Origin: Promethearchaeota archaeon
GTDB lineage: Archaea; Asgardarchaeota; Lokiarchaeia; Sigyniarchaeales; SOKP01
Reading direction: 5' to 3'
Length of the DNA stretch: 18,399 nucleotides
NCBI GenBank assembly: GCA_048938445.1
Contig: JBHLME010000090.1
Location: 1-18,399, forward strand
Every line of letters starts with the position of its first letter. Within the stretch, counting starts at the first letter, position 1. Made by a program: the position numbers and the translations under genes. The notes below the pieces were generated by a model. That model worked only from the letters and a program-made list of their open reading frames with translations. It ran no database searches and had not been told where the DNA came from. This document shows positions 8,111 to 16,334 of the stretch, in pieces.

Positions 8111-10612
8111 TTATAATACATTCCAAGGTGTTCCAAATAGTATAAATGACGATAGTGTGGCACTTTGGTTATTTTCAATATTTTTTTTGGATAGATCTTC
8201 CGATATTGCTTTTAATAATGCAATACCCTGATTATTTTTACTCAATATATAATTATAAAAACCGGTGATAATTTTTCTTGATTCATTGGTAAATACTGGA
8301 AAGTTTCTAGCAATAATTCCTTTTATATGACTATAATCAAAATGAGAAAATAGTTCACCAAGTATTTTTGTAGTATTGTTTATTTTTACTCCCTCGTCGT
8401 CAAAGATTTGTGCATTAAAAAATAGTAATGGATAAATATCATACGAATTTTGATTGATTGCTTTTAAAATTTCTTCAATTTTTATAATATTTTTATCATT
8501 AGTAATGAAATAACTATCTTTAGGGCTTTTTTTAGAATAATATATATTTCCGATAAAATGTATGATGTGAAGTTTATTTTGAGATAAATGAGATAAAATT
8601 TTATCGCGAGTACAAGTGCTCTCTGTTAAAATAGTCATAGAATTAACTTTTTCTGAATTTCTAAAGACATTTACAATGTGATTTAGTTCATTTTTACCTT
8701 CTATGAAGGGATAAATTAATTCTTTAACTTGTTTTTTTTCATTCCACTTGGTAGGGTAATTATCATTTATTGCTCCTATGATTAATACATCATGAACATC
8801 CTCTAAACTCATCATTCCTCTTTCGAAAGAGACCCCTCCAATATTTACTTCTCCAATTCGATAAGATGTTGAATATTGAAATAAGAAAAAATTATTATAA
8901 TGAATGAATTCAAAAGGAATCGTCATTGTATTTAATATTATAAAAACTTGAGGTATTTCCCCTTCTTCCTTAATTTCAAACTGAGTTATTATGTTTCTAA
9001 TTAATTTAGGAAGTGATAAGTAATAGATCCTCCCAAATTCATTTAAATCTAAATCATATTTCTTTGGTTTCGCAAATGAGAAGATGTCATCATAAATATC
9101 AGCTATTTGAGTGTCATTCCAATATTCATTTTGGATTTTTCCTTCAAATTCTGTACCTTCAGTTGATTTTATCCTAAAAGAAATTAATCCCTTTGAATTT
9201 ATATATAATATTAGCTTAGATATTTTAAAATTTGGATCAATAGTATTCATTACATCATCATCAAACGAATATATTTGAGGTTTTAATGATTGAGACTCTT
9301 CATGTAATTGAGGGAGATTAGATAATGATGCTTGAAGATCATTATCCAAAAAAGAGATGATTTTTGTAGCAAGATTGAGATCATTTTCTTCGAAAAGTGC
9401 TCTGTAAAATAGCATTCTCCAAAAATCGACTGGTTCTAATGAGTAATATAATGATTTAAATTGCCATAGGTAATTACAGGTATGGAAAAAATGAAAAATT
9501 TGTTCATTTGTTCTTGGAACTTTAAGATGCGTGTTTAACTTGTTCAATGATTGAAGTAAATATTTTTTATCCTTAATATTGACGAATTTCTTACTAGCTT
9601 CAATCCAAAGTTCAATTAAAATATTACTATATCCTAAATCCGATTTTAATATGAAAAGATCTTCTATGAAGTCATATATGCTAAAAGCTACTTCAAATTG
9701 GCTCCTGTTAATTAGAAAATCTATATATGTTCTGATATAGTTTATCGCATCAGGGAATGATTGAAATTCATTAATTTTAGAATACATGTATCTAATTACC
9801 ATTATGATCCAAGAATGCTCTCCAATATTATGCAAGTAGTGAATTAATTCTTCCAATTCAGTTAAAATTGTTGGGAATGTTCTCTCATTAATTGAAACTC
9901 TAGTTAATTTACCAAATTCATTTTTCAAACTGCTTGGAAGGCGATTTACTAAAAGTTTACTCATGAGCTTTACAAATTCTTGACCTTCCATCAAATCGAA
10001 TCTGATACTAATATTTTCCAAAAAGATATTAATAAATAAAGGGCGTTTATCAGGTTTTAATTCTGAGACAATTTTACTCAAGTTCTCCATGCTAAATATG
10101 AATAAATTAGTTGGAAGAACAGATTTTCTCAAAAACATTAGCAATATCTGCAATTCTATTAAATCTAAATAATTTCCTCTATTATACACATGATTACAAA
10201 AAGAATTGATAAATCTAGTAATTCCCGTCTGAGAGAGATTTTCCATTTTAATAAAAGACTTTAAGAGATTCGTGAAAAAAATGGAAAAATGGTAAAAATC
10301 GTCTAATTTTGATAAAAATGTAAAAAAGCGGTTATAGGCATCTAAATATTTAATAGGATCGAACTTGACTCCACTTTCATCCTTTTTTGTTAAAGAGTTT
10401 ATATAGATATGCCAACTATTAACAATGATCATTATTAATTGGTTCTTTTTTTGGACGTCCATCCATTCAGTTTTTTCAATTTCGAAATACAAATCATTAA
10501 ATAGTTTATCCGCCCAGCTGTGATTTGAAGTTAATAAAAGCTTTCGCCCTTGTATTATTTTTTTTTGAAAATTTTCAATAAAATTTTTTTTAATATCTAA
10601 TATTTCTGTCAT
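8111..10612 (-). CDS. Large alpha-helical protein with C-terminal CHAT (caspase-like) domain, predicted catalytically inactive
   Basis: About 450 aa of helical N-terminal sequence. The C-terminal part has CHAT landmarks: 'LNEFGRIYYLSLP', 'IPFEFIH', 'VLIIGA', 'ELNHIVNVF', 'CTRDKILSHL...HIIHFIGN', 'LLFFNAQ', 'SFILFGTPW'. ATG at 10612 is preferred over the track's TTG at 10621. Confidence 0.75.
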   Translation of the reverse strand: MTEILDIKKNFIENFQKKIIQGRKLLLTSNHSWADKLFNDLYFEIEKTEWMDVQKKNQLIMIIVNSWHIYINSLTKKDESGVKFDPIKYLDAYNRFFTFLSKLDDFYHFSIFFTNLLKSFIKMENLSQTGITRFINSFCNHVYNRGNYLDLIELQILLMFLRKSVLPTNLFIFSMENLSKIVSELKPDKRPLFINIFLENISIRFDLMEGQEFVKLMSKLLVNRLPSSLKNEFGKLTRVSINERTFPTILTELEELIHYLHNIGEHSWIIMVIRYMYSKINEFQSFPDAINYIRTYIDFLINRSQFEVAFSIYDFIEDLFILKSDLGYSNILIELWIEASKKFVNIKDKKYLLQSLNKLNTHLKVPRTNEQIFHFFHTCNYLWQFKSLYYSLEPVDFWRMLFYRALFEENDLNLATKIISFLDNDLQASLSNLPQLHEESQSLKPQIYSFDDDVMNTIDPNFKISKLILYINSKGLISFRIKSTEGTEFEGKIQNEYWNDTQIADIYDDIFSFAKPKKYDLDLNEFGRIYYLSLPKLIRNIITQFEIKEEGEIPQVFIILNTMTIPFEFIHYNNFFLFQYSTSYRIGEVNIGGVSFERGMMSLEDVHDVLIIGAINDNYPTKWNEKKQVKELIYPFIEGKNELNHIVNVFRNSEKVNSMTILTESTCTRDKILSHLSQNKLHIIHFIGNIYYSKKSPKDSYFITNDKNIIKIEEILKAINQNSYDIYPLLFFNAQIFDDEGVKINNTTKILGELFSHFDYSHIKGIIARNFPVFTNESRKIITGFYNYILSKNNQGIALLKAISEDLSKKNIENNQSATLSSFILFGTPWNVL

Positions 10613-10632
10613 GATAATCAACTTTTTCTATT

Positions 10633-11829
10633 TTATTCAACTCTATTTGGTTCAATATTAGTCATGCTAGGAGGTCTAGGCGTGGGATTATCGATCCACC
10701 CCTTTTGGAGCTGATTCTTTAGATATAAAATGGATGTTCCAATCCAACTCATGTGTTCCCTTCCCGATAAAGCAATCACGTTAATTTTTTCATTAATTTT
10801 ATCTGGAAAGAACTTATTCAGTTCATTTTTTAATCTATCTTTTAATCCAGGGATTAAACTTCCTCCTCCAGAGAGGATAATATTTGAAATGAGTTCTTCC
10901 CAATTTTCCCTATCCCATGATCTGATAATATTTGAAATAGCTTCTGCTAAACTAAAATAATCAATATGAATGAGTTTTGGATCAAATAAGGGTTCAGATA
11001 ACATGAATCTTTCAAAATTAATTTTTAAAGCGCTCCCATCTGGTAAGACAAACTCTTTATCATATTTATTAACACCTTCTTTTATTCTTTTTTTTTCCGC
11101 TTCCACGTTAAAAACACATAAAGAGGTTTCTTCTTTAATATCTTTGGCAATAAGATTATCAACATAATTTTTTTTACCACTTTCTTTTTGAGTAACACAC
11201 AAATTAAGTAAGTGCTTTGTTAATTCTTTCCCTGCTATAGGAAAGATATCTCGAGACATGATTTTATTGAATCCATGTAAGAAGGAATTAATGTATGTTC
11301 GAGATTCCCCCATGTTAACCACTATAGCACTGATTTTTTGGAGGGGTGCCATGATTGCTTGACTTTCAGATATGAATAGAAGTTTAGGAAAATTTAATTT
11401 TTCAAAAAAAATTTGTTGCAATTTTGATTTTTCTAGGTCTGTCATCAAGAAGGGGGCAATAATAATGATAGGTTGCATGTAGCGATATTCTTGTGCGATC
11501 TCTAACTTTTCATAGTAATGTTGAAAAAATTTCAATAAAATATTATAATTATTTTCTTTTTTAAATTCATGAATTTTTAATATATGTTTATAATCCAAAG
11601 CCTCTTGTCCAAATAAATTTTTTTCTACTCTTTCTTCACTTATAAAAATATCTTCTAAACCATCAATAATATCTGATGTAAATAAATAATCAGAGGCCTC
11701 AACATATACACTTGGAGTAATAATGACGGGATAATCATCTCCCGCAAAACCTAAGCGAAAGGTGTTGCTTCCAATATCTAATATCAATGGCCTTAAAGGA
11801 TCATTCTTTAACTCTTCTGCTGATGACAT
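10633..11829 (-). CDS. Divergent actin-family / actin-related protein (Asgard ARP-like)
   Basis: Phosphate-1 LILDIGSNTFRLGFAGDDYP, 'QIFFEKLNFPKL', phosphate-2 IVVNMGESRT, 'IAGKELTKHL', 'KDIKE', 'FVLPDG...ERF..SEPLFDP', adenosine NIILSGGGSLIPGLKDRLKNEL, 'SWIGTSIL'. Collinear with eukaryotic actin rather than MreB. Confidence 0.95.
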   Translation of the reverse strand: MSSAEELKNDPLRPLILDIGSNTFRLGFAGDDYPVIITPSVYVEASDYLFTSDIIDGLEDIFISEERVEKNLFGQEALDYKHILKIHEFKKENNYNILLKFFQHYYEKLEIAQEYRYMQPIIIIAPFLMTDLEKSKLQQIFFEKLNFPKLLFISESQAIMAPLQKISAIVVNMGESRTYINSFLHGFNKIMSRDIFPIAGKELTKHLLNLCVTQKESGKKNYVDNLIAKDIKEETSLCVFNVEAEKKRIKEGVNKYDKEFVLPDGSALKINFERFMLSEPLFDPKLIHIDYFSLAEAISNIIRSWDRENWEELISNIILSGGGSLIPGLKDRLKNELNKFFPDKINEKINVIALSGREHMSWIGTSILYLKNQLQKGWIDNPTPRPPSMTNIEPNRVE

Positions 11830-11895
11830 GATTAATATAAATTCTTAATTTAAATTCAAAAATAAATAATTATGGAGGTAATTCTCATTCAAAAT

Positions 11896-12822
11896 TCATA
11901 GACTGTGTATGTATTCATCCACATTTCTTTTAAATTGATATTCTTTTACCTGTAATTCAAGCATTCCCAGAACTTTTTTAAATTGATGTGATAGATTATC
12001 AATATCCACTTCAGCTATTTTCTCTACCTCACTTCGTTTAATAGCAAATTCATTTAAACTACTACGAATCTTCTCATAAGCATTATTAATGGATGAAACC
12101 AGATCTTCCGTATTTTTCTTGGTTACTTTTCTCATTTGTCTTAAAATGGATAATATGCTTGAAATTGATTCTTCCCACCTATTATATTTAGTATTATAAC
12201 CTTCAATTAATTCCTTGAAAAAATCCTCTAATTTTGGATAAATGCTTTCTTTTTTTACAAATGAAGGTTCTTTCTCAACAGAAGTACTTTCAACATCTTC
12301 TGGAGCTTGAGTCGTCTCAGAAGTGTCTGGTGCTCCAGGAATTCCAATCTTCTGAGGATGAGAGGGAGGAGCTTCATCTTTTGGCTTTTTTGGTAATGAA
12401 CTATCTATAAGATGTGTCCTTTGTTTTATTTCCTCTCTTGTTAACTTTCGCTCTGTTAAAGGTACATCTTCCATTAAAAAGTCTTCAACAATTTGTGTTT
12501 CCTTGCTATCGTAAACTAATTGTGGTTTGATTTTTTGTTCTTCCTTCACTTCACGACGATAAAATCCTTCACCAGAAGAAACATGGGATAATAATCCTTG
12601 TAAATCCACCTGAGTCTCTTTTGCACCTTCTAAAGCAGAATCCATTGCTTCTGCATCTTTCTTATGGGCTGCTAATGCAGCATCCAAAGATGCTATTGGC
12701 ATTGTTGCTGTAGTTGGTTGGGGAGTTGTATTAATTGACGGCTCCTCAAGTGATTCTTTTTCTTCTTTATCCTCTTTCTTTTTCTTCTCTTTCTTTTTCT
12801 TTTTTGCCATGAGAATTTCCAT
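11896..12822 (-). CDS. Hypothetical protein: poly-Lys N-terminus, disordered middle, C-terminal coiled coil
   Basis: MAKKKKKEKKKKEDKEEKE; P/E/T/S-rich centre; last ~110 aa are amphipathic helices. Start may be the ATG at 12810. Confidence 0.8.
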   Translation of the reverse strand: MEILMAKKKKKEKKKKEDKEEKESLEEPSINTTPQPTTATMPIASLDAALAAHKKDAEAMDSALEGAKETQVDLQGLLSHVSSGEGFYRREVKEEQKIKPQLVYDSKETQIVEDFLMEDVPLTERKLTREEIKQRTHLIDSSLPKKPKDEAPPSHPQKIGIPGAPDTSETTQAPEDVESTSVEKEPSFVKKESIYPKLEDFFKELIEGYNTKYNRWEESISSILSILRQMRKVTKKNTEDLVSSINNAYEKIRSSLNEFAIKRSEVEKIAEVDIDNLSHQFKKVLGMLELQVKEYQFKRNVDEYIHSL

Positions 12823-12966
12823 TAATTAATTATTTTCTTTATTATCATTATAACTTTTTAAAATCTAATATGTTAGTAACACGATGAATTTATAAATTTT
12901 TTTCAATATAAACGAGCTTTTCATGTGTTTATCATTTGTATTATTGAATATCATGTGATTATAGTT

Positions 12967-13374
12967 TTAGTCTAAAGGAACTATTTCTACTTTCAATGCT
13001 TCGCCTTCTGTTAAAAGCATTTCCTCTAGATCTTCTATATTTCTATCACTTGGTAGAGGTCCAATTACTTCCCACATTGCGGTCTTTTCTCTCTCTAAAG
13101 AGATTGATGTTCCATAAATAAGGGAAATATTTTTTTCTGCAAAAATATTAGCAATCTTAGCTAACGCACCGGGTATATCTTTCATGGTTATTCGAAACTT
13201 GACAGGATTAGCTTCCTGTGATATTCCAACAGGGCTTATCTTAATTTCTTTTGTCTCTGAATCTGCAATCATCATTAATTGAGAGTTGGTTGTTAGTCCT
13301 AAACTTTTTCGAATGATTTGAGGGATTACTATTCGACCTCTATTATCAATTGTTAAAATTCTTACTTCCTTCAT
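12967..13374 (-). CDS. AbrB/MazE/SpoVT-family DNA-binding domain fused to an ACT domain (ligand-responsive transcription regulator)
   Basis: 'LTIDNRGRIVIPQIIRKSLGL' is the AbrB swapped-hairpin signature; 'FRITMKDIPGALAKIANIFAEKNISL' is the ACT signature. Confidence 0.9.
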   Translation of the reverse strand: MKEVRILTIDNRGRIVIPQIIRKSLGLTTNSQLMMIADSETKEIKISPVGISQEANPVKFRITMKDIPGALAKIANIFAEKNISLIYGTSISLEREKTAMWEVIGPLPSDRNIEDLEEMLLTEGEALKVEIVPLD

Positions 13375-13550
13375 GAAAAACTTCTCTTGAATTTGTTTTA
13401 TTACATTTAATATTAGAACTGTAAAATATAAATATTACTGGAACAGATACAGAAATAGTATTTTTAATACATCTTTTTTCTAAAAAGATAGCCTAATTGG
13501 CTTTGAAACTATCTGAACCCTCAAATATCTTTTTTATTTACTTGTTTATA

Positions 13551-13886
13551 CTAATACTGAGATGGAGTTAATTCTACTTTAGCACTGGGTTCTAATATGA
13601 CGCATAACACGTGTTCCCTTCCTGCTTGGGTTATGATAATCTTACTTTCTTTTCCTTCAATCACTACCTGTTGCAGTGAACCAATTGAACACTCATCCAT
13701 AAATCTTTCAGCCATGGAATGAATTGCTGCTAACATTGGACTTATTAATGAATCATCAATATTTTGAGGAAATTTTGAAGATATTGGAACACCTTTTTTC
13801 GAAAGAATGAAGGATCCTTTAACATCTGAATTCGTTAGTCTAAGTTTATCTAATAAAATATTATAAGAATCTGAATTTTTTTCCAA
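13551..13886 (-). CDS. Roadblock/LC7 domain protein, short form lacking the C-terminal helix
   Basis: 'DVKGSFILSKKGVPISS', 'ISPMLAAIHSMAERFMDECSIGSLQQVVIEGKESKIIITQAGREHVLCVI'; the protein ends shortly after the last strand. TTG start. Confidence 0.9.
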   Translation of the reverse strand: MEKNSDSYNILLDKLRLTNSDVKGSFILSKKGVPISSKFPQNIDDSLISPMLAAIHSMAERFMDECSIGSLQQVVIEGKESKIIITQAGREHVLCVILEPSAKVELTPSQY

Positions 13887-14057
13887 GTTTTTACACGATT
13901 TTTCTTTTTATAGTTAATATGTATAGTTTCTTAGTATTTAAAGCGTATAGTCCTGATTAATTCTTAACAAAATTGGATAAAATTATTAATTAAAAAAGTA
14001 AAAATAAAAGAATAGGAACTTATAGATTTATAATTTTTTTTTATCGAATAAGCTAAT

Positions 14058-16265
14058 CTATGCTCTATGTGCCTTTAGTTTAACGGTTAAATCGCGAGCT
14101 CGTTTTGAATACCATACTAACAAGTCTCCAGCATTTTCTGGCTTGTAATACTCACCACCACACAATGCTGCTGCTTTATTCATCAGATTATCATCAGGAT
14201 TTCCTAATCCAATGACATATATTACAACATTAGGATTCTCAGAAAACCTGCGGATCTCGTTGAAGAAGGCATCTCCATCGGTGGGGACACCATCAGTTAG
14301 CAAGACTATCATTGTTGGTTGATCTTTTGACATCTTATCAAACTCATTTAACACTTGATGTGCTGCTACCATTGCTTGTCCCATGTTAGTAGCTTGACCA
14401 TAAGCATTTCCAATTCGATCAACAATGACCCTAGCAGCATCTTCAAGAACTCCTTTCTTACCCGATGCGGAGTCCATGTAATAACTACCTCCAAAAGGTA
14501 ATACTTGTGCTTCATCAGCAAATCTTATTACACTTACTTTTTCTCCAAAACCCCTTCCTACTTTTTCACTCAAGAATAAAACAGCTGCAAAAGCCGCAGA
14601 AATTCTACGAGGTATGTTGACCCCATCTTTAAAATGAACCAAAAATTCTTGAATTTCTCTTGATTCCATTGCTGCTTTAATTCCTTCAATGGCAGGAGCT
14701 ATATTCGTGACTAATACATCTCGTGCCATCATTGAACGACTTATATCGATTATAAGAATGGCATTGAAAGGGATTAATCCTACAGGTGCCAATGATAAAG
14801 TCGTATTAGAGGTTATTTGAGCTAATATATCACCAGTCAAATCAGGAACACATTGGATAATCGAGCATGCTACATTGGCTTGAGCCCATCTTAACTTAAT
14901 ACCTTTAAATATGATATAATTTGATAACCAGATTTTTAAAGGTTCTACATTTGTTCGAACCATGCTGATTATTTGCCACATGTTCTCTCCAGAAATGGGC
15001 GCGATTCCCAATGAAACGCTTTGTAAGGGTATTATTTGCCGTTGATTTTTAGTTACCGTTACTTCAAAACTGCCTATACCTGATGCTTCAAGTATTTCAC
15101 TATCGATATAAATTGCATTGTCGGGCACGTTTTCGACTATCTGAACTTTACCCGCGCCTACAGCTCCTGTAAGTTCATCTGAAAATGCAATTACATCATT
15201 GGATTGGATTGAAAGGGTGTGTTGGATTCTTGGACTTACTTGACAGAATCCCATTAAATTTGGCTGTGAATGCACCTCTAGCATTATCTGAGATGTTTTA
15301 TGAATTGGTGGTTCGGTTGAATATACAACTATCTGATTTGATTGTATGTTTGTATCTTCTTTCGTATCCAAGCTCATCCTAATCTGTGAAGGATTTATGG
15401 TTATTACATCAATTCTAGCTGAACCAACGGATCTTGAAACTGGATCCTCCCAAGCTATCAACATTCCTTGACCTAATCCCAATGATTGTACAAGATTTGG
15501 ACTGAGTTGTACTCTTCCTCCTTGTAATGTTGAATCAACTACAACGGAGAGAATTATACCATTTTTTTGAGATTGTAGCATGTTAATGTCTATGGCATTA
15601 GCATACGTTGCTGCGGGCGCTGCTCGTTGAGCAGGTGGAGGGCCATATGCTCCAGGAGTTGGTTGGGATGGTGTATATTGTGATGGTGGTTGAGGCATGG
15701 GACTAAGTTGAGATGGAGGAGTATATTGTGGTTGTGGTGTTGGTTGTGGCGGTGGAGGAGAATATTGTGTTTGAGGTGTTGGTTGTGGTGGAGGAGGAAA
15801 ATATTGAGGTTGAGGTGTTGGTTGTGGTGGAGGTGGTGAAATTTGAGGTTCCGGAATTGAGGTGGGCATTGTTTTTGCAGAAGGGGCAGCTAAACGCGCT
15901 CCTGGTTGCACAGGTGCGGGAATGGGAATAGGTTCCTTGACAGGTTTAGTCTGAGGTAGTTTTGATGTAGGTTTCTTTTTTTTACCTTTACTAGGCGTCT
16001 TTACTTTACCACTTGATGGTCTAATCGTTAATTCTACCCCATCAAATTTTACTTTATCGAGAATATCTTTTGAAAATCGTCCCGCAAAATCTAGTATTTG
16101 ATCTGAAATGTTTATTTTTGCTGAAGTAACCATGAGATTGTCATCATTCACTACATCAACCATTCCACCGTTTTGTACGCCTAATTTTTTTGCATTTTCT
16201 TCACAAATTACTAAAGTACCTGAACTTTTTTCATCTATATCTACAAAAATTTTAATTTCTGTCAT
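14058..16265 (-). CDS. Multidomain protein: CDC48-N-like double-psi barrels, Pro/Gln-rich linker, CDC48 domain-2-like region, C-terminal vWA domain
   Basis: vWA MIDAS 'ILIIDISRSM', 'ATNMGQAM', 'IVLLTDGVP', 'IYVIGLG', 'AALCGGEYY'. Three units resemble CDC48-N: 'AKKLGVQNGGMVDV', 'VQSLGLGQGMLIAW', 'QHTLSIQSNDVIAF'. No Walker A. ATG at 16265 is preferred over TTG at 16274. The vWA call is firm; the CDC48-N call is moderate. Confidence 0.8.
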   Translation of the reverse strand: MTEIKIFVDIDEKSSGTLVICEENAKKLGVQNGGMVDVVNDDNLMVTSAKINISDQILDFAGRFSKDILDKVKFDGVELTIRPSSGKVKTPSKGKKKKPTSKLPQTKPVKEPIPIPAPVQPGARLAAPSAKTMPTSIPEPQISPPPPQPTPQPQYFPPPPQPTPQTQYSPPPPQPTPQPQYTPPSQLSPMPQPPSQYTPSQPTPGAYGPPPAQRAAPAATYANAIDINMLQSQKNGIILSVVVDSTLQGGRVQLSPNLVQSLGLGQGMLIAWEDPVSRSVGSARIDVITINPSQIRMSLDTKEDTNIQSNQIVVYSTEPPIHKTSQIMLEVHSQPNLMGFCQVSPRIQHTLSIQSNDVIAFSDELTGAVGAGKVQIVENVPDNAIYIDSEILEASGIGSFEVTVTKNQRQIIPLQSVSLGIAPISGENMWQIISMVRTNVEPLKIWLSNYIIFKGIKLRWAQANVACSIIQCVPDLTGDILAQITSNTTLSLAPVGLIPFNAILIIDISRSMMARDVLVTNIAPAIEGIKAAMESREIQEFLVHFKDGVNIPRRISAAFAAVLFLSEKVGRGFGEKVSVIRFADEAQVLPFGGSYYMDSASGKKGVLEDAARVIVDRIGNAYGQATNMGQAMVAAHQVLNEFDKMSKDQPTMIVLLTDGVPTDGDAFFNEIRRFSENPNVVIYVIGLGNPDDNLMNKAAALCGGEYYKPENAGDLLVWYSKRARDLTVKLKAHRA
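15708..15848 (-). repeat. Imperfect 39-bp (13-aa) coding tandem repeat, 3 full copies plus a partial one
   Basis: PQISPPPPQPTPQ (15810-15848), PQYFPPPPQPTPQ (15771-15809), TQYSPPPPQPTPQ (15732-15770), PQYTPPSQ (15708-15731). Confidence 0.88.
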
Positions 16266-16334
16266 TATTATCAAATACTTTTTTCTTGATTAGAAATTAC
16301 CATGAATTTTAAAATATAAATTTCTGAGTATGGA

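Noticed and set aside
10730-11167. Two plus-strand ORFs (76 and 65 aa)
   Set aside because: Antisense shadows of the actin-related gene.
12967-13374. AbrB gene as the antitoxin of a toxin-antitoxin pair
   Set aside because: It is fused to ACT and has no adjacent PIN/MazF-like toxin gene.
13401-13424. Imperfect palindrome TTACA..TAATATTA..TGTAA upstream of the AbrB-ACT gene, considered as an operator
   Set aside because: Needs two indels to pair and is nearly all A/T, so it is expected by chance.
15708-15848. 39-bp periodicity considered as a CRISPR array
   Set aside because: No unique spacers, the repeat is in-frame coding with third-position variation, and no cas genes are present.
15185-16293. 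Plus-strand ORFs 15185-15382, 15713-15931 (Val/Glu-repetitive) and 16108-16293
   Set aside because: Antisense to the vWA gene; the repetitive one simply mirrors the polyproline repeat.
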